Shown here in pieces: positions 40,079-53,443 of a stretch of DNA of 64,000 nucleotides; within the stretch, counting starts at the first letter, position 1, and every line of letters starts with the position of its first letter. Position numbers and translations under genes: made by a program. The stretch covers positions 30,132,001 through 30,196,000 of the forward strand of contig OZ024740.1 of the NCBI GenBank assembly GCA_964016885.1, in the 5' to 3' direction. Under the pieces are notes generated by a model. It did not search any database and was not told where the DNA came from. It saw nothing but the letters and a program-made list of their open reading frames with translations. The DNA comes from Eledone cirrhosa (lineage: Eukaryota).

Positions 40079-40288
40079 ATCTGTCTCTCTCTCTCTCTCT
40101 CTCTCTGTATATACATTTTGGGGGACACCATTTATATATAGAGAGAGATATTTGTCTGTAGCTTGCTACCTCTCTCTCTTCTCATCTCTCTCTCTCTCTC
40201 TCTCTGTATATACATTTTGGGTGGACACAATTTATATATAGAGAGAGACATGTGTCTGCAGCTTGCTCTCTCTCTTTCTCTATTTCTC

Positions 40289-40350
<62 letters not shown>

Positions 40351-40415
40351 TCTCTGTATATACATTTTGAGAGGACACCATTTATATAGAGAGAGAGACA
40401 TGTGTCTGCAGCTTG

Positions 40416-40450
<35 letters not shown>

Positions 40451-40516
40451 CTCTCTGTATATACATTTTGGAGGTGACACCATTTATATATAGAGACATG
40501 TGTTTGTAGCTTGCTA

Positions 40517-40547
<31 letters not shown>

Positions 40548-40897
40548 ATACATTTTGGGGGGACTCCATTTATATAGAGAGAGACACATGTGTCTGTAGC
40601 TTGCTATCTCTCTCTCTCTCTCTCTATCTATCTCTCTCTGTATATACATTTTGGGGGGGACACCATTTATATATAGAGAGAGATATGTGTCTGTAGCTTG
40701 CTATCTCTCTCTCTCTCTCTCTATCTATCTCTCTATCTCTCTCTCTGTATATACATTTTGGGAGGACACCATATATATATAGAGAGAGATATGTGTCTGT
40801 AGCTTGCTATCTCTCTCTCTCTCTCTCTCTCTCTGTATATACATTTTGGGGGGACATAATTTATATATAGAGAGAGATATGTGTCTGTAGCTTGCTA

Positions 40898-40944
<47 letters not shown>

Positions 40945-41013
40945 ATACATTTTGGGGGGACACCATTTATATATAGAGAGAGATATGTGTCTGTAGCTTG
41001 CTACCTCTCTCTC

Positions 41014-41076
<63 letters not shown>

Positions 41077-41132
41077 ATACATTTTGGGGGACACCATTTA
41101 TATATAAAGAGAGATATTTGTCTGTAGCTTGC

Positions 41133-41203
<71 letters not shown>

Positions 41204-41204
41204 G
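39702..41204. repeat. Composite minisatellite: about 14 units of about 90-150 bp, with a conserved core and a variable (CT)n tract
   Basis: Unit GAGATATGTGTCTGTAGCTTGCTA-(CT)n-GTATATACATTTTGGGGGGACACCATTTATATATA recurs up to the gap. Confidence 0.92.
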
Positions 41205-41404
41205 NNNNNNNNNNNNNNNNNNNNNNNNNNNNNNNNNNNNNNNNNNNNNNNNNNNNNNNNNNNNNNNNNNNNNNNNNNNNNNNNNNNNNNNNNNNNNNNN
41301 NNNNNNNNNNNNNNNNNNNNNNNNNNNNNNNNNNNNNNNNNNNNNNNNNNNNNNNNNNNNNNNNNNNNNNNNNNNNNNNNNNNNNNNNNNNNNNNNNNNN
41401 NNNN
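41205..41404. other. Assembly gap (200 N)
   Basis: Run of N; the true size is unknown. Confidence 0.99.
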
Positions 41405-41638
41405 GAAAGGAAAAATACACACACATGCACAATAACATACACACACATATATACATACACATATATATACATACATATACACACACACATATATATATAT
41501 ATATACATACATACACATATACATACACGTACAAATACACATACATATACATACATACATAAAAATAAATACATACACACACACACACACACATATACAC
41601 ATACATATACATATAGACATACATACACATACACAATT

Positions 41639-41723
<85 letters not shown>

Positions 41724-41726
<3 letters not shown>

Positions 41727-41873
41727 CGAAGGAAATGTGGTAAGGAACCAGATCGACGATAACGCACCAAAGTACTCAATACTTAGGGTAGTAGAGTGGG
41801 TAATAGGAACGAGTAGGCAGAATTAGCCGTCGAAACGGTTTGAGCTCAGCCGTCGGGGTCCTACTCGTTCCTA
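41724..41873 (-). mobile_element. Micro Penelope-like insertion, second copy (full inverted arm, short direct remnant, tail)
   Basis: Reverse complement reads TAGGAACGAGTAGGACCCCGACGGCTGAGCTCAAACCGTTTCGACGGCTAATTCTG / CCTACTCGTTCCTA / tail. (TA)n on both sides. Confidence 0.75.
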
Positions 41874-41914
41874 TATATATATATATATATATATATATAG
41901 ATAGATATAGATAT

Positions 41915-41961
<47 letters not shown>

Positions 41962-42064
41962 TACATACATATACACACACACATACATATAAATACATAC
42001 ACACACATGTATGTGTCTAAAACTCATTCTTAGATGTATTCATTGAACCTTGTTTAACTCTTAA

Positions 42065-42118
<54 letters not shown>

Positions 42119-42266
42119 ATACTTTGGGAGGGTCATGTTGCCAATAAGAAACACACGCACCAGTTGCTTTCACTTCAATTTATTATAAATAAAATTCATA
42201 AATTTAGGAATTTATAAATTTCCGGTTGGTTGGTTGGTTCCACAACCAGATGATTGTTCATATATT

Positions 42267-42309
42267 GTCAAAGTTCTTTCGTCACACATTTTGTGACCTC
42301 GTCAGTGAC
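42267..42309 (-). ncRNA. Minimal type I hammerhead ribozyme motif
   Basis: Minus strand reads GTCA-CTGACGA-G-GTCACA-AAATG-TGTGAC-GAAA-GAAC-TT-TGAC. 4-bp stem I, 6-bp stem II, intact core, CUU site. Lies in a (TA)n-flanked segment of about 260 bp (42115-42373). Confidence 0.75.
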
Positions 42310-42395
42310 TGGGATTCTTTTCTTTGTTTTTGTGCCTCTCCTTTATTCTGTCCTACGCCATCTTGTTTTTGTGTATATATATATATATATATATA

Positions 42396-42772
42396 TACAA
42401 TATATTAACAAATGGAAACTATATTTATAAAACCATATTTATTTCATTATACATATTTCAAGGACACCAAAGCAAATTATGGTGCGCTTTCATCAGATAA
42501 AATATAATATAGATCAGTTTTATAAACAAATATTTGACATACCCTTAAAAGAATGCGACGCTGTCTGTTGGAAGCTCCGGGATAGTGGGGTTACTAATTT
42601 TATTATTGGTCTATTATGCAAATTAGTGTCGGAGAGGTTTAAATCCCATACATTTAAATTTTATTTTATTTTTTATTTTATTTTATTTTATTTTATTTTA
42701 TAGTATGTATTTTGTATTTATATATATATATATATATTTGTGTGTATATGTATGTGTGTATATGTATGTATG

Positions 42773-42846
<74 letters not shown>

Positions 42847-43360
42847 TATGTATGCATGTATGTATGTCTATGTATATGTGGGTCTATATATATCGAAATG
42901 TATAATTTGAATACGTTCTATGAATGAACTCATGTAAAATGTTTTTTACGGTTTATGCTTTAGATATATTCTTAAGAAAAACTTTAAACATTAAGACGTT
43001 ATAGTAAACAAACTTATATTTTAACAGTCACAACTGTATAACAGGTGGATTTATAAAATATATAAATTTTATAACTTACTATAAAATAATATAAGGTTCT
43101 CTTATAATCTTAACTTTTTTTATCATTTTAAACTATCTAAATTACAAATAAATCAATTAATTTTCCCTCACGCTGTATTGCTATTACTAAGAAAAGTTTT
43201 TCTTCAGTAAAGTCTCTGAACATTCCTATATTTTAAACATATATTTTGTTAATTGAAAAATTAATAATTAATTGTTGGTTGATGATTAATAATAAATTTA
43301 TGTAAGGTTATGTAATAATAACATATATTTTAATAATATTTTTTGATAGTATATATATAT
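42396..43360 (+). mobile_element. Penelope-like element A, left part: inverted 5' pLTR (42396-42660) plus a 3' UTR remnant
   Basis: 42396-42660 is the near-identical reverse complement of 51291-51555. 43020-43140 resembles the reverse complement of the element C 3' UTR near 48050-48180. Confidence 0.72.
42447..42500 (-). ncRNA. Hammerhead-like motif of the A/C pLTR family (also at 47352-47405 minus, 50783-50836 plus, and 51451-51504 plus with a mutated core)
   Basis: TTAT-CTGATGA-AAGCGCACCA...TGGTGTCCTT-GAAA-TATGT-ATAA. Core and stem II are clear; the register at the cleavage site is atypical. Confidence 0.6.
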
Positions 43361-45482
43361 ACTAGTAATAAAATTATTGTACACGCAGATAAAACTAATA
43401 ACATATACAGCCTAGATTATAATACTTATAGAAAGTTTATATATAATGAACTACATAAAAGCTACAAAAAAACCACCTTGAAAAACTTAGAAGATATTAA
43501 TGTAGAGGGTTATAATATAGTGTCTAAACTAGGACTGCAGAGGCATACACAACCTTTCACTCCGAACCCCCCTAGATTCTCTCTGAAGGACCATAAGGAG
43601 AACTTCATCAGCAACCCCACGATAAGACTTATCTTCCCTTCCAAGTCCGACATTGGTATTATCAGCAAGAAGATTTTGGATAAAATCATCCCACAAATTA
43701 AACACAAGATACACCTTAAACAATGGGGAAATACGGGTGAAGTGATTGAATGGTTCAAGGATATCAAGAATAATAAGAACAAAAAATTTGTTCAATTTGA
43801 TATCAATTCATACTACACCTCTATTTCCCCTATCCTATTAAATAAGGCACTTATCATGGCCATGAGCAATAGCGACCTGACTAGAGCCCAGGTTGATGTC
43901 ATCCTTGCGGCCCGTAAAACCATAATCACCTTCGAGGACCAACTATGGACACGCAAGGATACGCACAACAACTTCGACATAACCATGGGATCTAGTGACT
44001 CGGCGCAGGTCACTGATTTGGTCGGCCTATACCTCCTCAATGAAATCCATAAGGACCTCCCTTACCTCAACGGTGGTTTGTACCGCGATGATGCACTTCT
44101 ACTTATAGAATATAAAAAATTTAATATAGAAAGAACTAGAAAAAATTTTGCATAAGACATTCAAAAACTTTAACCTTAGTATCACCATGGACAAAAACAC
44201 TAAAAATGTTAACTTCCTAGACGCCACACTATACCTAGACTCAAAAATATATACACCTTTCCATAAGCCTAACGAGAAACTTATTTACGTAGATACCAAG
44301 TCTAATCACCCTAGATCAATATTAAACTCTATCTCTAAGGGGGTGTCCAATAGAATCTCTAGTCTGTCCTATGACGCAAACATATTTAGCAAAAACTCAC
44401 AATATTACAATCAAGCATTAGCTAGCTCCGGCCATAATATAGAAATTGAGTTCCTACCTAAGAAAACACATAGCTACAACATCATCTCGCACAACATGTC
44501 CATGGGGAAACCTAATAATAGGAATAGCAACCACAAGTGCACCAAAGCGGAGGGTGCCACCGGAAGTAACCATTACCATGGAAACTACTGTGGGGCCTTA
44601 GGAGGAAGCAACACACCAAACACTAAAAGCAAAAATAGAAGAAGAAATAATACATTTTTCAACCCTCCTTTCAACCTAAATGTCTCCACCAACATACCTA
44701 GGGCTTTCTTCTCACTACTAGATAAAAACTTCCCTCTAGGACACAAGTACCACAACCTCTTAAACAAAAACACCATTAAAATCTCATACTCTACGACACC
44801 TAACTTAGCATACCACATAGCTAGCAGCAATAATAGTAAAATTAGTTCTTACTTCCAACAAACAAAATCACAACGGGATGCAAACCCTCTAAATACCACT
44901 GTAGCAAGCAACCATAGCAACGGCAGTAACAATAGAAATAACACTAGTATAAGTAATAACACCAGGGTTGTCAACCCGAACGCCCAAAATCCTATAGCTA
45001 CCACACAGACTTCCGCACTGCATTATAACCAGCGGACTAACGCACAGGATAATTGTAACTGTAGAGCTAACAGAACCTGCCCTTTAGATAAAAAATGCCT
45101 AACCAAGGATATCATATACTCATGCACCGTCACGACTAACAACTCTTCAGAAACCTATGTAGGCTCCACTTCTAACTGCTTCAAAATCAGATATAATTCG
45201 CACATCCACTCGTTCAAAAAGCACAGCCTAGCAAACTCCACCTCACTTTCTAGCTACATACACTATCTAAAATCTAAAAATAAACCATACACACTCAAAT
45301 GGGAAGTGATAGGCAGCGCGACCTCGTACAAACCACCTAATAAATTTTGTAACCTCTGTATACTAGAGACACACAATATTATCTTCTCCAACCGTAACCT
45401 ACTTAACAAAAAATCTGAGGTGTTTGCAACTTGCCAGCACCGCTTCAGACATTCCTTCCAAAACTTTAAGCCCAATATATAG
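43361..45482 (+). pseudogene. Penelope-like RT plus GIY-YIG endonuclease (about 700 aa), with a single frameshift near 44148
   Basis: ADKTNNIY, FVQFDINSYYTSI, FDITMGSSDSAQVTDLVGL, GLYRDD, NFLDATL, SNHP, linker CNCRANRTCPLDKKC, IIYSC...YVGST, RYNSH, CNLCILE, LNKKSE...CQH. The two ORF-track pieces overlap at an A-run. Confidence 0.92.
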
Positions 45483-46926
45483 CAATGTCGGACTGGAACC
45501 TAACACCACATCTAGCATCAAACACCAGAGACACACCTTATACTACATACCCAACACTAACTGATCTATTATAACACAAACAACGACATCCCTCTGGAAC
45601 CCTTCGCAGGGAGAATACCCATTTATACCTCTACGTCAGGTGTGACAACATCCACCCACTTGAACGGCACTACACCGCTCTAAGGGTAATTTGAACATGA
45701 ATTGATCGGTTGGATAGTGTTGTGCAGAGGAAACACCTTCCTTAGACAGATGAAAAATGCTTTAATCTAGTAACGCTGTTGACCAGTAGGACCGGGCTGC
45801 TGAGCGCAGTGAGTGAATGCATTGCAACAGCCGTGCGGGTTGTACATATATGGATGATCTGACGGTCAGAGAGGGGTCGCGAGGACTGCGGATTGACCTC
45901 TGGCCGACCTGGGGATGATTATCTCTCGACATCCAATGTAGCAAGCGATGACCCAGATCTTACCAGAGATCATTGGGTCCTGAAGCAATCCTGCAATCAC
46001 CGCACCTGGTCCTATGAGTAGACTACGACCACAGAGATCATTAATTTAGAATCCTCGCTCATCATCTATAATTTCCATTTGTGGCACCTTACGATGGGTT
46101 AATCCACCATAATAATATGATCACCTTCAGCATAACTTAATTAAACTACTCTATAGTTAATACACTTTGTGCTTTAAAAATTTCTCTTGGAGGATGCGCA
46201 GCACCATAGAAATTAGGGTCTATATTGGGACACATTTTAATAGCTAGGTATAGAAACCCCAGAGTTACCTCCCCGCATGCATTAACTCCCCTTAGCCACA
46301 CACACACTTCCGGGCGGTATTCAATGGCGTTTCTCGAAACGTAACAGCCTCCTGTATTGAACTAAAGAACACCAGACTACGATCTCTAACTGGATTGTCG
46401 TGGATTATGTGAAGGGCATATAATCGAAAAATACACTCCCCTGACCATGAAAATGCCGAAGTACATGAAATACTTGACTTCCCTGCGCTGTGCATCTCCA
46501 ATACTTTTAACACTTTTAATGCTTGCACTATTTTTAATGCTTATAATATTTCTCCACACACAGACTATATCAATCATATAAAGAATTTGCCACCAGATCT
46601 ACCAACCTAACACTCTTGTTTACCTACCTAAGTGCCTCTACCACACATATCTCTCTACCACACTATATAAACAAGACGCACATGCGTGCCACACATATAA
46701 CATTTCCACTATATAACCGCTTATCTTCATGTTGTATTTTAACCTGTATTTTTGATTTTTGATTGTACCTCTTAATATAAATGTAATCTCGAAGTGTGTA
46801 CTGCCACTCTAAATTCTGTAATGAATGTTGACCCACAATGTTTGAATATGTATCAATGTTTGAATATGTATCGGTATGTCTCTCGGCTGAAAAGGGGGTT
46901 ATATAACTGTCCATGCATTAATAAAT

Positions 46927-46973
46927 TGCTCCAAAGAATCCAAACCTCGGTTTGGAGGAAACAGCTGTAAGCA
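46927..46973 (+). ncRNA. Type I hammerhead-like motif with decayed core, in the element B pLTR
   Basis: TGCT-CCAAAGA-A-TCCAAAC-CTCG-GTTTGGA-G-GAAA-CAGCTG-TA-AGCA. Perfect stems I and II, palindromic stem III ACAGCTGT, GUA site; the core is CCAAAGA instead of CTGAAGA. Confidence 0.65.
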
Positions 46974-47174
46974 CAATAATGTTTTGAACAGTTCTTTGAT
47001 TCTTATATTTCATATAACTGCTCTGTAAATCATCTGATGTTTTTACATTGAGCTACTTAACTTACTGGTAATAAGGTAGTAATACATTACTGCCTACCAC
47101 TATTTAGGGTGTGTGTAAAATACTTATAACTACATAAGGTTTTGTATTTACATAACCATAAATAGTATAACTAA

Positions 47175-47214
<40 letters not shown>

Positions 47215-47217
<3 letters not shown>

Positions 47218-47589
47218 AAAGTTCTATTTAAATTGTTGGGATACAACAAGCAAATATTTTTATAACTGATATAAAGCACTGAACAAGTATTTGGAGTAAA
47301 CATACGATATTAACAAATGGAAACTATATTTATAAAACCATATTTATTTCATTATACATATTTCAAGGACAGCAAGTTAACTTATGGTGTGCTTTCATCA
47401 GACAAAATATAATATAGATCAGTTTTATAAATAAATATTGACATACCCTTAAAAATGCAACCATTACTGTTGGAAGCCCCCGGATAGTGGAGTTGTTTAC
47501 TTATATTTTTATTAGTATTGGATATTTTTATTTTTAAAATAAGCCGTTGGGTTACAGAGAAAGAAAAAGAAGGAGAGAGAGAAAAAAAA

Positions 47590-47639
<50 letters not shown>

Positions 47640-50600
47640 AAAACAACAGAGAGCGAGAGGAGCCAGAGAGAAGAGGAGAGAACGAAAACTCTAAGTCATA
47701 TCTTGTTGAGTTAACTTAACAATTGAGATGAAATGAATAAATAAAATAAGAGATGTTAATAATCATGAATGGAATATACATATATAATATCAGAAATTAA
47801 TCATTGTTTAAATATGATTAGATGTTTAGTTAATCATTTAAAAATTGAGATCAATATATTAAAAATTGGGATCTATACATTAAGAAATTCATATATTGCT
47901 AGAGAACTACATATCATATAACACGTATACACACGCAAAAATACATATAAATATATATACACTCTTATAAAATACATAACATATCTAACTACGTATATAA
48001 TATATACATACAAAACATAAAGGATTCTTTAATTTAATTTAAGATATAGGAATCTTTAAAATGTTATAATTGTTAAGATATTAAAGGAAATTTTATGTTA
48101 TACACACTTTATGTTATTAAACAAAATTTTTTATATAAGTTTTATAAGATTACCTGTTATGTATTTATGGCTGTTAATTATATGTCTATCTGTCAGGAAT
48201 CATTGGGATAATCACTATACATAAGTGCAATCAAATTGTATGGATATACACGCACATGCATATACACAATTCTCACATACATATATATACATGTGTGTGT
48301 ATGCTCAGCCAATATGTTGATACGCATCACGCATACATATACATACAGACAGACATACATTCATAAAAACGCATAGAACATATGTACATGTATGTCAATA
48401 CACACATATGCATATATACTCACATATAGAGAGAAGTATATATCAATACAGTACATAGTATAATTGAGTACATAAAATACAAAAGGATTATATTACAATT
48501 TGGAAATATAATTATAAGCAATATAACTTTAAAAGCAATACAATTTTAAAATATTATAGAATATTTTAAGTTATAATTTCAAAATAATAGTATGTTTAAT
48601 AGATTTAGTATAGAAATTTATCTTACGTATATTTAACTCAAAATTTTGAAAGGATAAACATTCGAAAATAGGAGAAGCTATCGGAACAATAAGAAAACAA
48701 TAAAAAAAATAAGAAATAGGAAATATTTTCTCCTTTCAAGAGCTCTCAATATATTTCTCTAGAATAGTTTATTATATTTATATTTATTTATATTTAGGAA
48801 GAAAAGTTATTTTTACTTGAGTGTATAATCAGTAAAAAAAGATGAAGGAATCTAATGATTTATCGACAGGTTTCATATATTAATAAAATTAAGTAATTAA
48901 TTATATACTACATTTTAAATTTACATTTATATTTAAACTAAACGTTGAGTTTAATCTATGTCTGCAGCAACTGAATAAATTATTCCTTAAGTTCAGGGAA
49001 TTTTTGTTCTTTAATATAAAGAATATTTCCTCTATACAAAGATCGCAATTTTCTGAAGAGGAGTTAAAAGGAGTAGCTTTTGAAATAATATTCCAAATCA
49101 ACGAATATTCAACGTTCTTTAGTTTTAGGTCTCATAATAGGCTAGATAGAGAAGTTGAAAATTTTTTGTTTGGATCTGTAAAAGAATTTTTATGATTATT
49201 GAAGCGAGATTTAAACACTGTGGAAGTAGATCCCACATAATTAAATGAATTTAAATTAGTTTTTACATTACAATTATATACTACATTTTTAGCTAAGCAA
49301 TTGTTATTTAACGGACAGTTAGATTTATTTCTACAGTTACATTTATCAGATTGAATATTGCTTGGGTTATTATTGGTATTTTGGTTAGGTTTTAAATTTC
49401 TATTATTAATTCTATTAATATTTTGCGCTAAATTTTTGATGGAAGAATAAGTTCATTTTATAGTATGTCTATTAAAAATTGAGTAATATCTATGTGTTCT
49501 AGAGAAGCATTTGTCAAGAGCTTTAAAAAATAGTTTAGCAATAGGGGTTTTAATATTTAATGAGAAAAGAGGAGCGAACCATAATATGTTCCTAGTTCTA
49601 TTTCTTTTTCGGCTTTCGGAATTAATGTAAGGTTTTCTATTATAGTTGTTAACATTGTTACCATAGTTAAAATTGTTACGATTATGGTTAGTTGTTATAT
49701 TATTATTATTATCGATGTATTTAATTTTATTTCTATACCCAGCTCTACCTAACGCTTCGTTGTAATAATGTGCTTTTTCATCAAATATATTCTTATTAGC
49801 TGAAATTCTCGAAATTCGTTCTTGTACAGAGTTCACTATAGTATTTTTAACGGATCTGGGGTGATTAGAGTTAAAATTGACGTAATTTAAGTTCTCATTT
49901 AGTTTGTGAAATGGATAATGAAGACATGTGTTAAGATTTAGTGTTACATCTAGAAAATTGACTATTTTATGGTTATTCTCTATTTCTACTTTTAGATTAA
50001 GGCAATTAAAAAATTGTATAATTTGTTTTCTTTTTCTATTTAGTTCACAGTTATTATTTTCTATAAGTAAAAGCATTTCGTCACGATATAAACCTCCGGT
50101 TATCTCAGGTATTTTTCTATGTAGAGAATTAATTATAAATAGGCCCACAAGATCCGTTACCTGAGCGGAATGTTATGTCGAAATTATTATTTCTATCTGC
50201 CCTAGTCCCGATAATATAATGTGCATTTCATTGCTAGTTATGTCTGTATGTTTAAATGCGTAAGTTAGTGCGTTATTCAGTAGATTAGGAGTGATAGATA
50301 AGTAATAGTTAGCAATATCCAACTGAATAAACTTATTATTATAGTTATATTTAATTTCTTTAAACCAATCGATAACTTCACTAGTTCCCTTCCATAATTT
50401 TAAATAAGATAAATTAGATAAATTCTTAATTTGTGGTATTATTCTGTCCAGAATATTTTTGTTAAGTCTGCCAAGGTCCGATTTAGATGGTGTAATTAAA
50501 CTGACTGGTAAATCAGTTTCGAAGTTCCTTTTATGATCCTCTCTCTATATCTTTCTCTCTCTGTTGTTTTGGTCTCTCTCTCTCTCTTTTCTCACTCTCT

Positions 50601-50882
50601 CTTTTTCTCTCTCTCCTTCTTTTTCTTTCTCTGTAACCCAACGGCTTATTTTAAAAATAAAAATATCCAATACTAATAATAATATAAGTAAACAACTCCA
50701 CTATCCGGGAGCTTCCAACAATAATGGTTGCATTTTTAAGGGTATGTCAATATTTATTTATAAAACTGATCTATATTATATTTTGTCTGATGAAAGCACA
50801 CCATAATTTAACTTGCTGTCCTTGAAATATGTATAATGAAATAAATATGGTTTTATAAATATAGTTTCCATTTGTTAATATC

Positions 50883-50885
<3 letters not shown>
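47215..50885 (-). mobile_element. Penelope-like element C, 5'-truncated, with an inverted 5' pLTR (about 50541-50885) and a 3' pLTR plus tail (47215-47655)
   Basis: 47303-47655 and 50556-50885 are inverted repeats. (TA)n on both sides, with a degenerate RT-EN between them. Confidence 0.9.
48901..50540 (-). pseudogene. Degenerate Penelope-like RT plus GIY-YIG
   Basis: KDHK...PSKSDLG, FIQLDIANYY, GLYRDE, NFLDVTL, SNHP, CNCRNKSNCPLNNNC, VVYNC...YVGST, CDLCIEE, CCRH. Contains in-frame stops and deletions. Confidence 0.88.
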
Positions 50886-50951
<66 letters not shown>

Positions 50952-50954
<3 letters not shown>

Positions 50955-51058
50955 TTTTAATAATATATAGATCTCAATTTTTAATTTTTAATTTATAGAT
51001 CTCAATAATTTAATCAAATTTAAACATTAGATAAATTTCTCCGGTTACTACTATCTAT

Positions 51059-51089
<31 letters not shown>

Positions 51090-51643
51090 TCTATCCACGC
51101 TAACTCATCCACTATATATTTATCTTTTCGCTTCATCATCTCATAAAACTATGTTAATACAACACTCTCTCACTTTGGGTTTTCTCTCTTTCTCTTTCTT
51201 TTGTTTTTTCTATTCCTTTTCCTTTCCTTTCTTTTGTTTTCCTTCTTTGGGTTTGCTCTTTCTTTCTCCTTTTCTCTATTCCAACGGCTTAATTTAAATG
51301 TATGGGATTTAAACCTCCCCGACACTAATTTGCATAATAGACCAATAATAAAATTAGTAACCCCACTATCCGGGAGCTTCCAACAGACATAGTCGCATTC
51401 TTTTAAGGGTATGTCAAATATTTGTTTATAAAACTGATCTATATTATATTTTATATGATGAAAGCGCACCATAATTTGCTTTGGTGTCCTTGAAATATGT
51501 ATAATGAAATAAATATGGTTTTATAAATATAGTTTCCATTTGTTAATATATTGTATTTTCACTCCAAAAATTTTGTTGAGTGCTTATTATCAGTTATAAA
51601 AATATTTTCTTGTTGTATCCCAACAAATTAAATATAACTTCTA
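50952..51643 (+). mobile_element. Penelope-like element A, right part: 3' UTR end, 3' pLTR and tail
   Basis: Matches the inverted 42396-42660 segment. Homologous to the element C pLTR and tail (TTGTTGTATCCCAACAA). Confidence 0.78.
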
Positions 51644-52012
51644 CATATATATATATATATATATACATACATATACACACACACATATATATATAAGAAA
51701 ATACATAAATATTATATATATATGAAAATAAAAAGGTGAAAGGGGTAAACAAATAGTTGGGAATACGACAAATAATAAATAAATAAATAATTAGAAAAGG
51801 GTATAAATGTTTATAGCTGATTTAGAGCACTCAACAAGTTCCTGGAGCAAATGATCAATGAAAATAACCATTAAATCACTGTATGTAATTATGCATATAC
51901 ATACACATACATATATACATATACAATATACATATATACACACACACACAACCATACAAATACACACATATATATACATACATATACATACATATACATA
52001 TATATATACATA

Positions 52013-52063
52013 TAGGAAAAAGTATGACCCCGACTCAGAGCTCAAGCCGTTTCTGAGGCTATT
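52013..52063 (+). mobile_element. Diverged, arm-only remnant of the micro-insertion family
   Basis: TAGGAAAAAGTATGACCCCGACTCAGAGCTCAAGCCGTTTCTGAGGCTATT aligns with the arm at 26599 and 55263. Confidence 0.6.
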
Positions 52064-52175
52064 ATATATAAATACACATAAACAATTATATAAAAATACA
52101 CATATACACACCCACACATATCTACAAAAAGTTACGTCACCACCTTAATAAAAATACACACACACAAATATAAAA

Positions 52176-52230
<55 letters not shown>

Positions 52231-52233
<3 letters not shown>

Positions 52234-53312
52234 TTCACTCCTGGCTGGCTGGTTGTTAATTAAAGGTGTCACTTTGGCCTCATATACAACGGATTTGGTG
52301 TTACATTTGCCCTGTAATGGGCATTTATCCTGCTTCCTGCAACTGCATCCTGGATGTATTCTCGTACGATTAGAATTAGTGATTTTAGACTTCATTGATG
52401 GGCAACAAGAGTAACTGATTTTAACTACATTTCTATTAAATATCTTATAATATCTATGATTAGGAGGAAAATGTCTGTCTAAGAGGTCAAGGAATTTCCT
52501 TCCTACATTAGTTTTGACAGTTAGAGAGAAGGGACGTGTAAACCAAATAATTTTCCTTTTCCTATTATTGTGGTTAGTTTTAGGGGGAGGAGTAGGTAAA
52601 TAATTAATGTGTTCTGTAAATCCGCTGTTATTAAGGGCTTTATTATAATATGTGTAGAGACGAAGATAAGGTAAAAATCCTACGGCTAATGTTGGGAATA
52701 ATATTTTTAAAAACTATAGGGGGATGGCAAGACTCTTTGTGTATATATCTAAGATTTTCGTTAGGTTTATGATAAGGTTTAAAAGAGGCAGTAAGTAGAT
52801 GAAGATTAATGTCAAGAAAGTTAGCATTGGTAAGGTTCGTATCTATAGTAATTTTAAGGTTAAGATTAGCAAAAGTATTGATTAAATCTTTACGGAATGT
52901 ATCAAGGTTATGGCCGTTGGTGGTATGAGAAACTGCCAATCCGTGGTCACGGTATAAACCGATATTATGGGAAGGAAATTTCTCTTTGAGGGTGTGGAGA
53001 AGGAATAATCCTACTAAGTCACACACATCCGCACTGTCATATGAACCCATTGCAACATCAAAAGAGTTTTCAGGGTTTGACTTTTTAACCCAAATACTTT
53101 CATTAGTAAAGAGTAGAGTTTTCTAGCATGAAAGATAATGTCTTCTTCTAATTTAGAAATATTAATGAAGGGTCTTGCAAAATCTAAGGCTTTAGTTAAT
53201 AAGGAAACGGTAATAGAGGGGTAAAAGTCAACAATATCAAATTGGGTAAATCTACACTTATTTTTACCTTGTATATTATTAAACCAAGAAATAACAGAGG
53301 ATGTATTTAACT
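52231..53312 (-). pseudogene. Penelope-like element D: RT-linker-EN fragment with frameshifts
   Basis: FTQFDIVDFYPSI, MGSYDSADVCDLVGL, GLYRDH, NFLDI, CHPP, CSCRKQDKCPLQGKC, VVYEA. Cut by (TA)n inside the endonuclease domain. Confidence 0.87.
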
Positions 53313-53348
53313 AGTAAATGAAATAATTGCCATATATTGTTTATTACA

Positions 53349-53443
<95 letters not shown>

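Larger units (their letters stand above)
43361..47177 (+). mobile_element. Penelope-like element B (Naiad-like), 5'-truncated, with a 1.7-kb 3' UTR/pLTR, between (TA)n tracts
   Basis: RT plus GIY-YIG coding region, a structured 3' UTR, and a hammerhead-like motif at 46927. Confidence 0.88.

Noticed and set aside
42479-42703. Duplicated small ORF MVRFHQIKYNIDQFYKQ (also 51170-51472)
   Set aside because: It is an antisense reading of the pLTR inverted repeat, and the frame is not preserved in the related element C pLTR.
49130-49455. Two in-frame TGA codons in element C as possible selenocysteine, as reported for some Naiads
   Set aside because: They align with a hydrophobic position (TIK-I/F/V-SYS in B, D and E) and a likely Trp (LSSLL-W-DLK), not with Cys. 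All linker and endonuclease Cys codons are TGT/TGC, so these are ordinary nonsense mutations.
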